Origin: Klebsormidium nitens
Lineage: Eukaryota > Plantae > Klebsormidiophyceae
DNA: 64,000 bases
Direction: 5' to 3'
Assembly: GCA_000708835.1 (NCBI GenBank)
Contig: DF237004.1
Coordinates: 203,612 to 267,611 of the forward strand
The translations under genes and the position numbers were made by a program. Numbering within the stretch: position 1 is the stretch's first letter; every line of letters begins with the position of its first letter. The notes under the pieces were generated by a model. That model was not told where the DNA came from, ran no database searches, and worked only from the letters and a program-made list of their open reading frames with translations. This document shows, piece by piece, positions 1 through 13,797 of the stretch.

Positions 1-3000
1 AGGCCCGGTCGCGGCTCGGGAAACAAGACTCGTTCACTCCGACGGGCATGCGGGAAGGGTCCGAGTACAGTTTCGGGGGGGTGGACACACCCGCCAGCAG
101 CAGGCCGGGCAGCCCCTTCTCATACGCCAACTTCGCCAGCACCTCCCGGTTTGGCGGCAACGGTTCGTTGTACGGTAACGGTTCGATTTACGGCACACGT
201 TCCCTGCAAGGCGCCCGGAGCTTGTCCGGGTTTGCGCCTGGTGCGGACCTCCAAGCCGTCATGTACGGACGTCCGCCGAGGGGGGATGCGGACGAGCCCC
301 AGCTCAAGATACGGGTCATGAAGCCGGCCAAGCGGGGCTCTGGCACTGGACACGTGGCGGCGTCGGAATGGTCGAAGCCGTTTGGGCTCGATCCGGCCGG
401 GGGGGTCAGCGTGGTGTACATTCCAAGGTGGAAAAAGGGGGGGCTTTACGTGATGGCCGTGTCGAGCATTCCGGCGATGGGGGCCTGCGTCAGCAGGACG
501 AAAACTGTCACGGTCCGGCCTCGGTGAGTATTTGCTGGTCCAAACGGTCTCAATATCGTGAGTCATTACGTCCAAACGGATTCAACATTGTAAATCATCG
601 CGTTCCATATTGTAACCTTTGCTCAGTATGCGTGGAGTGAAATAGTGCAAAGTAGGTAGTTGAAGCACGGATTCAAGTTGACTTGACAATCCGACTAGGA
701 CAAATCCGGCTTGCTCCTTACAGGTGGATTGCGAACCCTTTGTCCCACAAACTCATACATCGGAGGCAACTCAGTTGCTAGATATAGCGGCCTATCCGAT
801 GCGCTGGATATTCCGAATCTTGCGAGCTTCCTTTGATGTCATTGCTCCTATCAACCGGGAGGAAGACGTAAAAACAAGAGGGAAAGCTTTACCGACTCTA
901 GCCGACTCGAATTCTTCCGTTCCTCTTGTCCCAGGTACGTTCTTGTAAATGCCCTGCACCGTGACCTGGTGTACAAGCAGCAGGGCACGGAGTCATACCA
1001 GCATCTGGCAGCCGGCCAACACCGCCCCTTTCACTGGACCGACGTCAAAAGGTGGGCGCCCGGCTCTCGCGGTTCGTCTCTCTTAAGCGTTGCCTCTTCC
1101 GGTCATCCGTATCATGTCTGCTGATCACGCTCCGTCTTGACCTTTTTGAGCCTTCCTATTTTCTGTTGAATTTTGACGGAGCTGCAAGTATTCACTTCTC
1201 GCCGGACTAGCCTCCGACAGAAAGTTTTGCTACGGGCCAATGCTACTTGCCGTCAAAGGGTTTCTTTGCGTCTTCGCCTTTTTGCTTGACCTTAACAAGT
1301 CCGCGCTTCTTTGGCTCACTCATCTGATCTGCCAATCAAAGCTTTCCAATCAAATTTTTGAGCAGCCTCATTCGTATACAGGCCGCTGAGTTGCTCCTCA
1401 GGGTTTCTTTTCGATCTTCATCCCGCTCCATGCCTGCCCTCTGTAGGAACTTTCGGGTGTGCCTCCGCTTTGACGAAAACGGGTGGGACTGGTCGGGGGG
1501 CTTTGCTCCTGACCAGCTAGGTGACATCTTGCTCAAGATGCGTCAGCAAAGCAACCGGGCAATCACCATGGTTCGAGTTGACGTCAGCTGTCCCGACCCC
1601 CCGGAAGGGGACGGTCCGGGAAAGATGGCTGGAGGTGGCAGCCGGGGAGTGGGTACGTGCGTAGTGGTCATCTCGGAGGACCGGGGGGGTTTCGTGCCGT
1701 ACAGGATTGAGAACTTTTCGACGGAGGTGAGGCTTACGATCGAGTGTTCTTTCTTGTTGACCTTGGGTTTGCGTCCGAGACTTGGGGAACACATGGACAG
1801 CAAATTTGGCCATTTGGTTATTACAGAGAAGCAACGGCTGCTGAAATCTGCTTTTTCTGATTTTCGTTTTTGCCTGCAAAGAAAAGGGCACCAGCTTTGA
1901 GAGGGGAATCGAAGCTGCCTTCACACCTTTTGCTTCGCGTCCTTTACGGCTACCCAAAACCCCCTGATTCATCAGTCATGAACCTGCGCTCAGGAAGGTC
2001 GTTCCCAGGAATTAGCCACTTCCAGATGTCCCTGCGGAAAGCGCAATTGTGAAAGAGTTTGCAGCTTTCAGAGACGGATCTGAACTCCAGGATTCCGTCG
2101 AACTCTGACATACGTTTCTTTTTTCCCTTGACAGACGGTCCGCTTCCACCAAGAGCGCTGCGAGGAAGCGGACGACCTGCTCCGTCCGTACAGCTCGTGT
2201 TTGTACGCCTGGGACGAGCCCTGCCGCCCGCACCGCCTCGTCATGACGGTGCCCGGCGCGAGCAAACTGGGCACCTTCAGTCTGGACACCGTGTGGGAGT
2301 ACCCCCGGTTACACCTCTCGGCGACCACACAGCGGCCTGAGCGGACGCTGCAGGTGGGTTGCGGGATCGGACGCCTTACCCAGAGAGTCCCACAAGTCTT
2401 GTGCAAGGGTAATAATGCAATAAGTGTACAAACGGAGCGGTGGGGATATGTCACCGGGTCCAATTTGAGTTTTTAACCCGCTCTCCATCCGAGAAGGTAT
2501 TTTGATGCTGATGACAAGTGGGTTGACTCATTTGGGGGGTGTTGAGTTTATGAAAAGCTTCAGCGGAGAGCTCAGTAGGTCGCGTACTTTACCATTTGAA
2601 TCTATGTTCCTGGTTTGCTGCATGTTAGATGATGATAGGGGTACGAGAACAATTATCACTCGATATGCACTTCGTATAGGTTTGTAGATGTTCGTCTTGC
2701 TCTTGCGCAGGTCGCGGTTCGTGCTGACGGCCCCACGCGTGTCATCAGCGTATCTGACGTCAGCATGCACTCCTGGGAGGAGCCGGAGGGCAGCGGCGCC
2801 GGCTCTTCTTGGGCGGGCAAGGGGGAGCGGCCGGGGGAAGCCGCCGGGCCATCAGACATGACCTTGGAAGTGACTGTGAAGGTGGCCGGGGTGGGGGTGT
2901 CGGTGATTGATAGTCGGCCGCAGGTGGGTTGGATTCCTGGGGGATCTTGATAAAGGGACTCTTGAAAGCAAGGGAGATGCTCAGAATACGTATCGCCGTA

Positions 3001-6000
3001 ATCGGGGGTCAGGTGCGCTTTCAGGCGTTCTGGTAGATTTTTGCTGCCCTTTATGGCGCTTCCTGATGCAAGGGAGTTGAGCCGCCCAGATAATCTGGCA
3101 ACAACACTTGAAGACGGGTCATAGTAAATTGCAGTGTGCAACCTGATCAATTAAGGTTGCTGACGTTGTTCGAAGGGAAGTCGAGATTCATGTTATGCAG
3201 GTTGTCATACAAATGTCCTCTGGCTCTTTTTCATGTCAATCGGCTCTTTGCCTCTGCAAATATGGACAGTATCTCTGCGGCACAGAATGTAGAAGACTCT
3301 TTTGAATCCCCCGGACCTTGTGTTACATTCCTTCAAAAAAGTAGATGTAAGCAACAAAGGTCAATTGTTCGCTTACAGGAGCTACTGTACGGGTGCACAC
3401 GCGGCGTCAGCATCCGCTTCGTCCGCGGTACGCACGAGCAAATGGCCGAGTTCCACGTGGCAAGCCTCCAGCTTGACAACCAATTGCGGCACGCCACGTA
3501 CCCCGTCCTCCTGTCTACTTCCGAACCAGAGACGTCAGCCCCAGCGGGGGCGACACAAAGCTCTGAGTTACAGGAACGGGTCGCCGCTCTTTCTGGGCGG
3601 GTGATGCACTGGCGGCGACAGACGGGGTCGGTAGACTGCTTCCGACTAGTGTCACTAAGGTGCGTCTTTCGAATGATTTGATCAACCTGACAATTGAATT
3701 AGGTATGCTGATATTGGCTCCTCAGTGTTCGACCGTCCATCAGGTGTCTGCTTACCCAGAGAGTAACTCGGCTTGAAGTGGCTGATGCCCTCACTTTTAA
3801 GGCTCAGCGGAAAGCACCGACGAGAAGTTTGGATCCCAGCAAAGGACTATCCTCAAGCAAGAAGCCAAAACTTTGCCCACAGTCGAAAAAGGTGCAAAAC
3901 TGACAAAGAGCTTACTGGCACTGGTCTTGAAGACCAGAACTCCAGAAACGCATCACGAGCACGAGCTATATGCGCTCTCTTGAAAGCAACTCAGAAACTC
4001 GACCCCAAGACCCTGGGTTTGTCAAAACCACGTCATTCGTAACCTTCCTTTCAGGGTGGCGCCTCTGCGGCTGGAGATCGAGGAGCGCCTCGTCGCCCGC
4101 ATCGTGGAGTTCGCGAGCGCCCTCCAGGCCGACTCCCTAAACCCCAAACCCTCCGCGCTCGCGCATCCTCTGGACGAGTCCGACAGCGGCTCCTTTGCGG
4201 ACCTCGCGGCCGCGTTTACACCAAATGCCACGCCCATTCACACCAGCGGGCCCGGCAGCGTTGCTAGCGGGGCGTCTACGGGGCACTCAGAGGGCGTCCT
4301 TACTGGCGCAGCAGGTGAGCGCTTTGAGTTGGTGTTAAAGGCCCCTGAGGAGTTCCTCGAACCAGGTGTGTCCGTTGTGTGTCGTATCGATGAGTGGGGA
4401 AATCCTTCCTCAAGTCTTGAGAGCCACAAGACCGGGAGCTCAAGAGAAATGTCTGTAAGTGCTCGCTGGTGTTGTCTATTAAGCAACCTAAGGATCTCAA
4501 CTTTTCAGTAGAACCAGGTTGAGGAGCAAGAATCCACAGGAAGTGAGGCGGCAGCTATTAGCGAGCCTCTCAGCCAGACCTTTTAAGGGCTATAAACCTC
4601 TTGGAGGAACAAGAGGGGGATCCTGTACGAGAATTGGCGAGAGTAGTGGGAATCACCTGTCAATCGCCTTCCGGATGTACTCCCTTACACACAGGTGGGC
4701 TGTCGAGCGTGGTGTTGACGGGGCACTCCGAGGGCAGCGGGTGCGGCCCGCAGGCGGCGGCGGTGGCTTTCGTGGGCGGCCCCAACTGGGATGTCTGGAC
4801 GCTGGTCAAGGACCGGAGGAAGATATACATTGAAACGCTCCACATCCACGCCGTCGACTTGACCATCAGGTAAGCTCCGGTCGGTGTGAAAAGGCTTTGT
4901 CAGGGTGGACTTGCTTCGTTCCTGGTGCGTGCAGCAGCTTCTCCAAATTGCGAAAGACATCACGTTGCCGAAGGGATTGTGCTGCTCTGTCCTATCTAGA
5001 CTACCCCGACTCTTCGTTGTATCACTGGCGGAAGTTGTGACTGGATGCCACCTCTCTGTGGAGATCAAGTGCGAAAGTGCTGCTTTGCGTCGGTCGGTCG
5101 GATGGGCTCTCCTTGCAGCAGGATTTGACGCATCAAATAGACTTTCGTTTGTGGGCTCTTCTTACGCCTGTCTTGCCTTCTGTGTGCAGTTTCGTGAGCG
5201 CGCCCTGGTTACCCTGGGAGATCCGCGGGGCCGCTGCGAGGGGCATGTTAGGAGGGGCGGGGATCGCTATCCAGGTGGGTCTGTGGAAAACAAGCTATAT
5301 AAGCGTTAGAGGTAGTTTTCTTTCCAACTGTATATGGACCATGTTAAGCAGACGCTCTGATGTTTCAGGTCTACAGGGTTGCGAAGCTTACGGACCAATC
5401 GAGCGGCTACTTTGATGGTATCTTTCAAGATCAAGACGCTGTTACCTTCACCCAAACAGACCCCAGCCCTAATTATTGGATCCACGCAGCGAAGCTTGGT
5501 GGCTCTCGCCAATCCCCGAATGCTGGATCATGAAATGAAGCGGCTCTTTACACGGCCGGTGCAGCGCTCTTTAACTACCAAAGTATTGACAAATTCAGCC
5601 CGACAGACCCCAAATCCTGAGTTCTGGACCCCGATTCTTGAGGTTCTGGACGCTAAGTCTCAATTCGTGGCTTTTGGCAGCGGAGTGTGATGGCTCTCGC
5701 CGACCTGAAATGCCGGATGTTGAGGACGAAGCGGCTCTTCACAACGCCGATTCAGCGCTCTTTTACTATTAATTCGCTGACACCTTTAGCCTAACAGACC
5801 CAAACCTTGAGTTTCTGGACCCCAAACCCTAAGGCTCTGGACCCTGAACCTCGATCCTTGGATCTTCGTAGCGGAGGGTCAAGCTCCGGCCGACCTAGAA
5901 CGCCGGATGTTGAGACCGAAGCGGCTCTTCGCACCGCCGATCCGGCGCTCTTTCAGAACCAAAGTACACGTACTAACACCTTCAGCCGACCTTCAGCGTA

Positions 6001-9000
6001 AGAGGCTCCAAACCCTGGATTTCCCGACCCCAAAACCTGAGTTCCAGGACCTGAACCTCAATCCTGCATCCCTGCAGCGGAGGGTAATGGCTCTTGCCGA
6101 CCTTGAAGGCGCCCCCGTGCATCTCGGCCCACTGACTTTGGAGCATCCGCTGGCGAGCTATGGCACGCTGTGGGGTATGGGCTCCCGCCACTACACGCGC
6201 CAAGTGCTGCAAGGGGTCTACAAGGTGAGCATGCGCTCGCACAACTGGATTAAAGGTGTGAATAGGCACTCAGCTCGAAGTGCCAAGAGAGAGTCGTTGC
6301 GGGGTGCCGAGGGTCGGTGTGCTACTGTGCCAGTTTCGAGCAATTGTGAACAGGATAATTGCTGACCAAGTAAAGCGATCGCCTTTTGACTCGTCGGAGA
6401 ATATGGGCACCGAAATTTTCGGGTCGCATCTGAAGCCAGGCTTACAAGCCGGGGGGTATGCTCCAGGTTTTTGCGTCTCAGCCCGGATGTTTGAAAACCC
6501 GTAGGTCTTCAGGCAGAAGGGAGTTAAGTCCAGGCTCGATCTCGAGCTGTGTCAAGTCTCCAGTTGGGCTGTAGAGCTTCCATTCCTGACACTTCCTTCG
6601 CCGCAGGTGCTGGGCTCCGCCGACTTCCTGGGCAACCCGGTGGGCTTCTTCCAAAGCGTGGGCTCCGGCCTTTGGGACTTCGTCACCACGCCGGCGACCA
6701 GCCTCGCGCAGGTGCAGGCCCAGATTTTGCTTCTATTAAAATTGAAAGAACTCCTTGTATATTCATTGACATTGAGTTAGCCCTCCCTTGCGGGACCGTA
6801 GCTCAAGGGGTCTTCTGATGTGAATGTGGGCTTATTTCGACCGGAGCACGGGGAAGTCCGGTCTACACCGCCGGCTGATCGACGACCTTGATATGATTTG
6901 CGCTTGGCAACCGTCAGCAGCTTTTGTTGCCTGGGTCTGCTTGCTGCGAAGCATCTGTGCTGTGCGACTCTGTACTTTGCGCGGCACACCGGGTCGTCCG
7001 GCGCTTGGTTTTAAGCAACCTTTGGTGGCAGTTGTTTGCAAATGCAAATGCAAACATCAAAAATAATCCTGAAGCATTAAAAATTGATAAAAAATAAAGC
7101 TAGTGAACGAGGGGCTAACACACAGTGAAAGATGACCAAGAATTGGTCATGAGTAACAGCGGCAGTTCTTGAATCGCACGGAGCGCTCAATCTTCCGCTC
7201 AGATCTAGACAAAGTTCTAGCTTTCAACCTCGACATGAGAAGATCAGAGATTGTTCCGCAACCCGCCCTTTACGCTCTCCACAGAACCCCGGCCAGTTCA
7301 CGGCAGGCGTCGCGGAGGGCACCCGCAGCCTGTTGAGCAACACGGTCTTCGCCTTCAGTAACGCCGCCACGCGCCTCAGCGGAGCCGCGCGCAAGGTGCG
7401 TCAGCTGCTCGCTCTAGTATTTGTGTTCCTTCGTGGCCTGGAAACGAGTGCTAACTTTATGTCCCCCTACATTTCAACTCCCTTGGGGTCAAAAGACGTG
7501 CGTCCTTTTTGCTCCGTTTTTCCTCTTCGTCTTGTCATGGAAGATCCCAAAACGTTGGCCGTTCTTGTGCTTCGTGTCTTGAGTTGCGTGCTGACGCTAT
7601 AGTTCTTAGGGTCGGCTTTGTGAAGAGCATGTGGTTTACAAGGGGACGCCGGCAATCGGTCTGGCTTTTGTCATCTGCCTTCGTTTCTTGTCAGACGCCG
7701 AAAACCTGCCCCGCTCTTCTCTACCCATTGTCTTTCGTACCGATCACAGTTCTGACGTGCCATTTTGCAGGGCGTTCAAACGTGGGCGCTGGACCGGGAG
7801 TACATTGAGGAGATGGAACGGCGGCGGCGCGAGGAGAACGGCGGGGGCGTCTTGCGCGCCATTCTCGAGGTGGGCGTCAGACGCGTCCAAATCCCAGAAG
7901 AGTAGCAAACGTCTTCTGGGATTGCTCGACCAAGTAATTTCGGTGTCCCTCCTCTTACAACTCACGCATGCTGACGTCACCTGCTTACAGGGCTTGACCG
8001 GGGTGCTGGAGCAACCGGTGAGGGGCGCGGAGAGCAGCGGCTTGGCAGGGATGGTCACCGGTGGGTTTCTCCGGCTCGATATCACGTATATTTGAATTGT
8101 AAGACTTCCTCTCAAGCCTGTTGGCAGCATCACAGTAGTGCCGTGATTCTTTTAGCAATTTTAGGCCTGAAATCGTCGTTCACTTAGGAAGTTGGAAGAA
8201 ACTTCCATCGGGTCACGTTTGAGTTGGATGGAGAATCCCAGATTCGCGTCTCCAAGTGTCGCTCGCAGCTCACCCCTCACTTGCGCCAGTTAGTCTATCA
8301 TAACCTGTGGACCTGCTCAGATGTTCTTCAAATTATCCGTACCTTGCACGAGAGTGCTGAATTTGTCGCGTTTTTCCTTCCAGGCACCGCCAAAGGGCTG
8401 GTCGGTCTAGTCGCCAAGCCGACCGCCAGCATTCTCGAGCTCGCGAGCCGCACCGCGCAAAGTATCCGCAATGCGACCCGCCGCAGCCTCGCGCGCGCCA
8501 TGCGCGTGCGCCCCCCCCGCCAAATCAGCGCGGACGCCCCGCTGACGAAGTATTTGCGGGAGGAGGCGGTGGGGCGGGCGGTGCTACTGGAAGCGGAGGG
8601 GGGGTGGTACGGAAACGAGGTGAGGGGGGGGGCGGGTGGTTTTGCACTGCGGCGTTCGTTGCCGAAGAGGGGGGGCCTTTTTGTGGTAAACCACAAGAGG
8701 AGTTTCATGGTTCTCGATGTTCGACGTGTAGATCCGAATGGTGAACACGCACGGCAGTCTTATACACGGGCAGATGTGCTCCACAGAAGACAACCATCTT
8801 CTCGTCCGAACGGCGATCGCCGAGGGACGTTAGTCCCTCGCACAAGGATGCTTTAGGTGGTGACGGAGAGGCCGCGACGCCATGTCAGCACAAGCCGAAA
8901 CGCTGTGATAAGTGCGACTGAGATCGTCAAAGTTGACGTGAAGAAAGATGAACACCAACCTTCTCTTGGTGTTGGTTTTGCAGGTGTTCAGCCAATGCTT

Positions 9001-9412
9001 TCCCCTCGCAGAACCGGGCGAGTTCCTCGTTCTGTCCGAATCCCGAGTCCTTTCCGTCGAGAGCGCGAGCTACCGACCGGCGGCAAAAACATCGGACACT
9101 TGCCCCGGGCGCGAGTGGACTGTCCAGTGGGACATCGCCTTTACGGACGTCCTACACGTCCAGTCGCGGGGAAAGGCACTCCGGATACTCGCCATGTCGC
9201 CAACCCTGACGTCAAAGCCAGCAAAAACGCCCGTGCTGGGAACGCCACCAAAGTCGGCGGGCGCCGCACCATATGTGCATAGAGAGATCAGCTTCGAGGA
9301 GGAGGGCGCGGCGGAGTATCTGCGTAAGCATTTGTCAGAGCACGCGAATAGGAGCCACAGCGGTCATGGGCTAGGACAGGGAGCTTTGCTTCCGAAAGAA
9401 AGCGTCGAATGA
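1..9412 (+). CDS. VPS13: Vacuolar protein sorting 13 family lipid-transfer protein, plant SHRUBBY/VPS13S-like; 3' part only (SHR-binding/VAB region, VPS13 C-terminal/ATG2_C-like region, PH-like tail), ~14 exons
   Basis: Spliced exons give WSKPFGLDPAGGVSVV..SRTKTVTVRPR; WDWSGGFAPDQLGD..GFVPYRIENFSTE; YAWDEPCRPHRL..RPERTLQ; LQLDNQLRHATYPVLL; PLRLEIEERLV; KIYIETLHIHAVDLTISF; ADLEGAPVHL..HYTRQVLQGVYK; LGSADFLGNPVGFFQSVGSGLWDF; GVAEGTRSLLSNTVFAFSNAA; GLTGVLEQPVRGAE; KGLVGLVAKPTASILELASRTAQSIRN..RVRPPR. Stop TGA ends at 9412. The exon count is approximate. Confidence 0.93.
5490..6105 (+). repeat. ~190-bp degenerate tandem repeat in a VPS13 intron; each unit includes a copy of the 3' splice site and the first ~27 nt of the next exon
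   Basis: gaagcggctctt recurs at 5537, 5728 and 5918. AG|cggag(t/g)gt..gccgacct recurs with the 'exon' starting at 5681, 5872 and 6078 (the real exon). Confidence 0.85.
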
Positions 9413-12400
9413 AAACTCACGATAGAATTCTAGGCCGATAGAAGGTAATGTTGCTGCAAGTGATCTTAATCGAGCTGAGGCAAAAGGCCAGGTAGAAATA
9501 CTCACGATGGGGTCACTCTAAGGTGATCTGTGTCTTGTATTTTTCTCTGTCCAAATAAACTCCGGCCTCGTGGCAGATACTTGGTAACCTTCGAGAATTT
9601 TACTTGATGCATGCAACTATAACAACCTGAAGTGGTGCATGCGTATAATTTCCGCGCATCATACGTCTCCTCTTTGGTAGGTTTTATATCTCGATACGTC
9701 CGACAATCATCCTCAGATTTGCTCCGTCAAGTTGATGGAGCACTGATTGAAAGACAACCTGGCAGATTGTGCACTGATGCCAATCCAAATGCATTCAGGT
9801 CGACAGGTGTCTATTGCATGGGTATAACATAGCTTCGATCGGCCATGCTGCTTTTGCCATCTTCTCTAGCTACATAGCTAGAGCTATTATGGGGTACCGT
9901 ACGAGTATACTGTCGACGGTAGGCTCCATCAGACGGTACCGTAGATGTAGCATCATGCCATGCAGGCGACAAGCAAATGTTGCATCATGTGTGCCAACTT
10001 AGCATTACCATGCTAAGAAGGTTCAGTCCGACGCACGGGATCCTAGGATGCATGTCGGTTTACATAAATGTTGGCATGAGAGCCCAGATAGCCCATGCCA
10101 GGCCGCCCCCGCGTTCAAAAGAGAACACATCGCACATGATTGAAGCACGGCGGCCATCTTTAAGCTGCGCCTGGATGTGCAGGCTGTCCGTTCATACGCA
10201 CTGCGGACTGCATGCGACAACTTACCAATGTGTAGAATCTGCTCGGAGAGCGTTTGGTGGCGCCCTGAACTTCCCATTCTGCTATAGCAGAGCGGCCGCC
10301 AAGCCTGAGTCAATCTTCCCGAGAACAATGACGGGTCACACCTTAGTTAGAATCTAAAGTACACTTACACAGCTTTGCTGCATAAAGCTCTTGCGCCCAA
10401 CCCAACTGAGCAATCGCAATTGCAGAGAAAACCTAGGATAGCTGCCAATTCCTATGCTAACTCCTGACGCATACAAAACATATGCTTCCTTCCATGTGTG
10501 TTGTCCCTTTGTTCAAAAGTTGTTTACACAGGACCGGTAACACGTACTTCCCAGAACCATAAAGAGGCTTTGGTACGCATCACACAAAGCCTCAAATTCT
10601 TTGTTACCGCGTTGTTTGTGGCCGTTCATCTGGCGTTGCTATCTGATAGTTTGGGGCGGTAAGAGTGTCCACATCAGGAGGCAGACGCAAGCCTGGCCGA
10701 GGCTCGATCTCTGGTAGAGGAATGCTGTTTCGCTGCTTTGCGAGCTCGAGGAGAACCTAAGGACCAGAAAGCGCTCAGTCACCAACTTTGAAAGTTTATC
10801 AAGGAGCCCGCGCATCTGCCAGACGTTTCAAAGTGCTTAGGGGCAAACGAGTGCTGCCTACATAGAGGCTGGTTTTGCAAGACAAGGAACCAATCAAATG
10901 TTTGTCCTGGACAAATTAACAAAGAGCTAGGTCGATCCGTGAGGGTCAGTAAGCGTCAGATCAGCAAGACATGTGGGTAACTTGCTTGTGAGAGTCATCT
11001 GTTATTGCACCATCCGCAAATTTGAAATAACTTTCATCCTCCTGCTTATCGATCTACACAAATGCGGCGGACCTTCTCAGCCGTGTACATCAATACCTAT
11101 AACAGAGACCAGCATAATTGTTCCCTGTACATCAGATACTTTAAGTAGAGACCAGAAGACAACAACACACTGCGCTTCGCACTTTATTCTCGGTGCCTCA
11201 CCTCTCTCGGTGGGGGCTGCGTGAAGGAAAAGTTGACCCGAGACTGGATTGCGAGCTTCACATCATCAATGTCGATTGCCGGCTTGTTTGCATGCTCCGA
11301 GTAGGTTCGTGCGTCGCTGAGGGCGTCGGTGAAGTATCCTGCACATAGTTGCACCCAGATTTCTTACTACGGAAGTTACTGTGTAGGTATTGGGCACAGG
11401 TGACATTTTTGTTTAGGGGGAATGCACTTACAGTTGAAGGATACAATTGAGTTGAGCAATGCCGACAAGCTGGAACGCAACGCTGATCGTTGATGCCCAA
11501 TTCGGACCACATGAGCGAACAAGATGCGGGGACAGGTTCCTTGAATGCTTATGTTTTCACACGTAAAACGAGTTGTTTACTGCTGAGATCCACGCGTTTG
11601 CCCACATGTTTCCAACTCTGTTCAACGTTCAAAGGCAAGGGCTGTCTGCTTAGAGTGCTCAATTCTCACATTTCTTGAAAAGCGAGATGGACTATTGACA
11701 ATGCCACCTGAAATGCTGTCACTTAGAAAGATCCCTGAGAGAGTGAATGTCTGATTCCTCATAATCCTGAACCACCACAGCCTTGATTTCTTCGATTGAT
11801 GAAGAATCACAGCAAAATGGGGCACCGGTCGTATGAGAGCCCCGCAATATAATCCCAGGAGTCCTAATCTCCTCACACAAAATGCAGTGAAGGCTTCCTT
11901 CGCGGGTAAAATGTTGACCGATGGAAAGGGTGTCCAAGAGGACGACCGCAAGGCACTACCCGCAGCTTACAACGTCCGTCACTTTTCACCGGGGCACGAA
12001 CTGATGGACCAGACAAGAGCAGCTTTCAAGTCACACCACCAACACCTCTCTCCCTTCCAATGTTCCAAATGTCTATCATTCTAGCGGAACTACTGCCTGA
12101 TCAAGGTTGGCAATCCGCTTACGATACATGAACTCCAGGAGCTGGTTCACAACTCGCGGCTCGTAGTTTTCCACCCCCATCGATCGCAGTATCTCGATGA
12201 TGACCTTAGCATCCTGCGGAAGATCTCCAGCAGCCCCAGCGTCCGCCATTTCCGAGGGCGATGCTTCTCAAAATTGAGCTGCCGCCATTGGACCAGCTCC
12301 TCTGCGCTAGGAGTAGAAATTTGACAGCGTACAATATTAGCCATGCAGCAAAAGCACGCAAGCTGACAACTAGAACGACGTGCTAGCCATAGATGATAGA

Positions 12401-13797
12401 ATTTGTCGTGTCACCGAACTCCTGGGTGACTATGCCGATTCTGCTCGGGCTAAAAAACAAAGTATTGAGTTAGGGCAACTCCCAGCCGCCGATGAGTCAC
12501 AAGCAATAAGTTTGAACGGCGCTTCTTTCAGGGAGCTTTCGTACAATTGCTTCGCAGCGGCTACTGGTTGGTTTGAATTTGAAACTTATAGTCAGGTAAA
12601 ACCCCTTGAATTAATTCAAGTGATTTTCAGCGCGCGCGGCCTGGCGTCGTGCCGTGCATTGAATCATTGAGACCGTCGATGACGGTGAACGTGCTGAACG
12701 TGCAGCAGATCGACGGTTGAAATTCTACCCCAACTTCCCTCGAAACTTTCAAACGTGCGGAAGCTTGTTCAACAAAACTTCTGCCAGCTCAGCGGTCATG
12801 GCTCCGGCCACGTTGAAGACGGTTGAACGTTCTCTCTGCCATTGCAGGCTTCCTTGGTGCAGCCCCAGCGCCATGGCTGCCGGCAGCCGGCAGCTGCAGT
12901 CTCTGCAGCAGCACTGGCAATCTGCTCGTGGAGTTTCTGTTGGGCCCTGACACTGACAGAAGGTGTCAGGAGTTTGGTTGTTGTGCTTCCCCTTCCTGAC
13001 AATGTAGAGCACTTTATCCTTAGCTGAAGGCAAGTCCTAAAGCCAAAGGAAGATAATTGCTCTTCATTAGAAGCTTGGTAATGTACCAAGGTAGATGATT
13101 CTGGTAGGACTTAGGTTTCAATCAGCGTTTCATCTAGTCTAATCAGCATTGAACTGGTTTAGAGGTACAAGTGCAAGCTCCGGAGGGTGAGCGTTTGTCT
13201 GAAGGACCGAAGGAAAGGCATTGCAATGGCGGTCACAGAAAGCAGCAGTCCTCTGGCTGATCTGCATTCAGTCCATTTGCGAATTGCACGGACAATGGAA
13301 CAGGTAAAATGCCCAACATTGCTGCCCTTGTTTTTGACAGCAGGTTAAGCACTCTTGAAGATCTTCATGCATCCCTTCTTCAATGGTAATACAAAGACTG
13401 GAAGACAAATTTTCCTTGAGGATACACTTTGTCCTCGAAACAAACGCAACTGTCTGCACAAACAACCGATTGTAAGAGTTTTACCCTCTGTCGTCAAGCA
13501 AGGGGAGCCCTTCGTACCTTCACTCTTTGGAGGTCCTGATCAATGCAGGGCTTGATGCCAAAAACAGCATGTTCACTAAGGCGAGGTAGGACTCGACAAT
13601 TGATCAGGGGCAGTGCAACCCCGCATGCCCAACAGGCCTTGTTTTCTAGCAAGTTTGTCAGCGGCATTGAGAACATGAGGCAGAGGGTATGAGCTTTGTG
13701 CTTTGTGCTTGGTAAGTTCACCTTCTTCTCCTCAATGCCTTCGCAAGTTCAAGGGGTATCCTGCAATCTTGATGTTTGTTTTTGTGCTCATTTGCAG

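Noticed and set aside
9867-9953. Short inverted repeats (ggtaccgt/acggtacc; gctacat/atgtagc)
   Set aside because: Only 7-8 bp arms, no TSD; compatible with chance.
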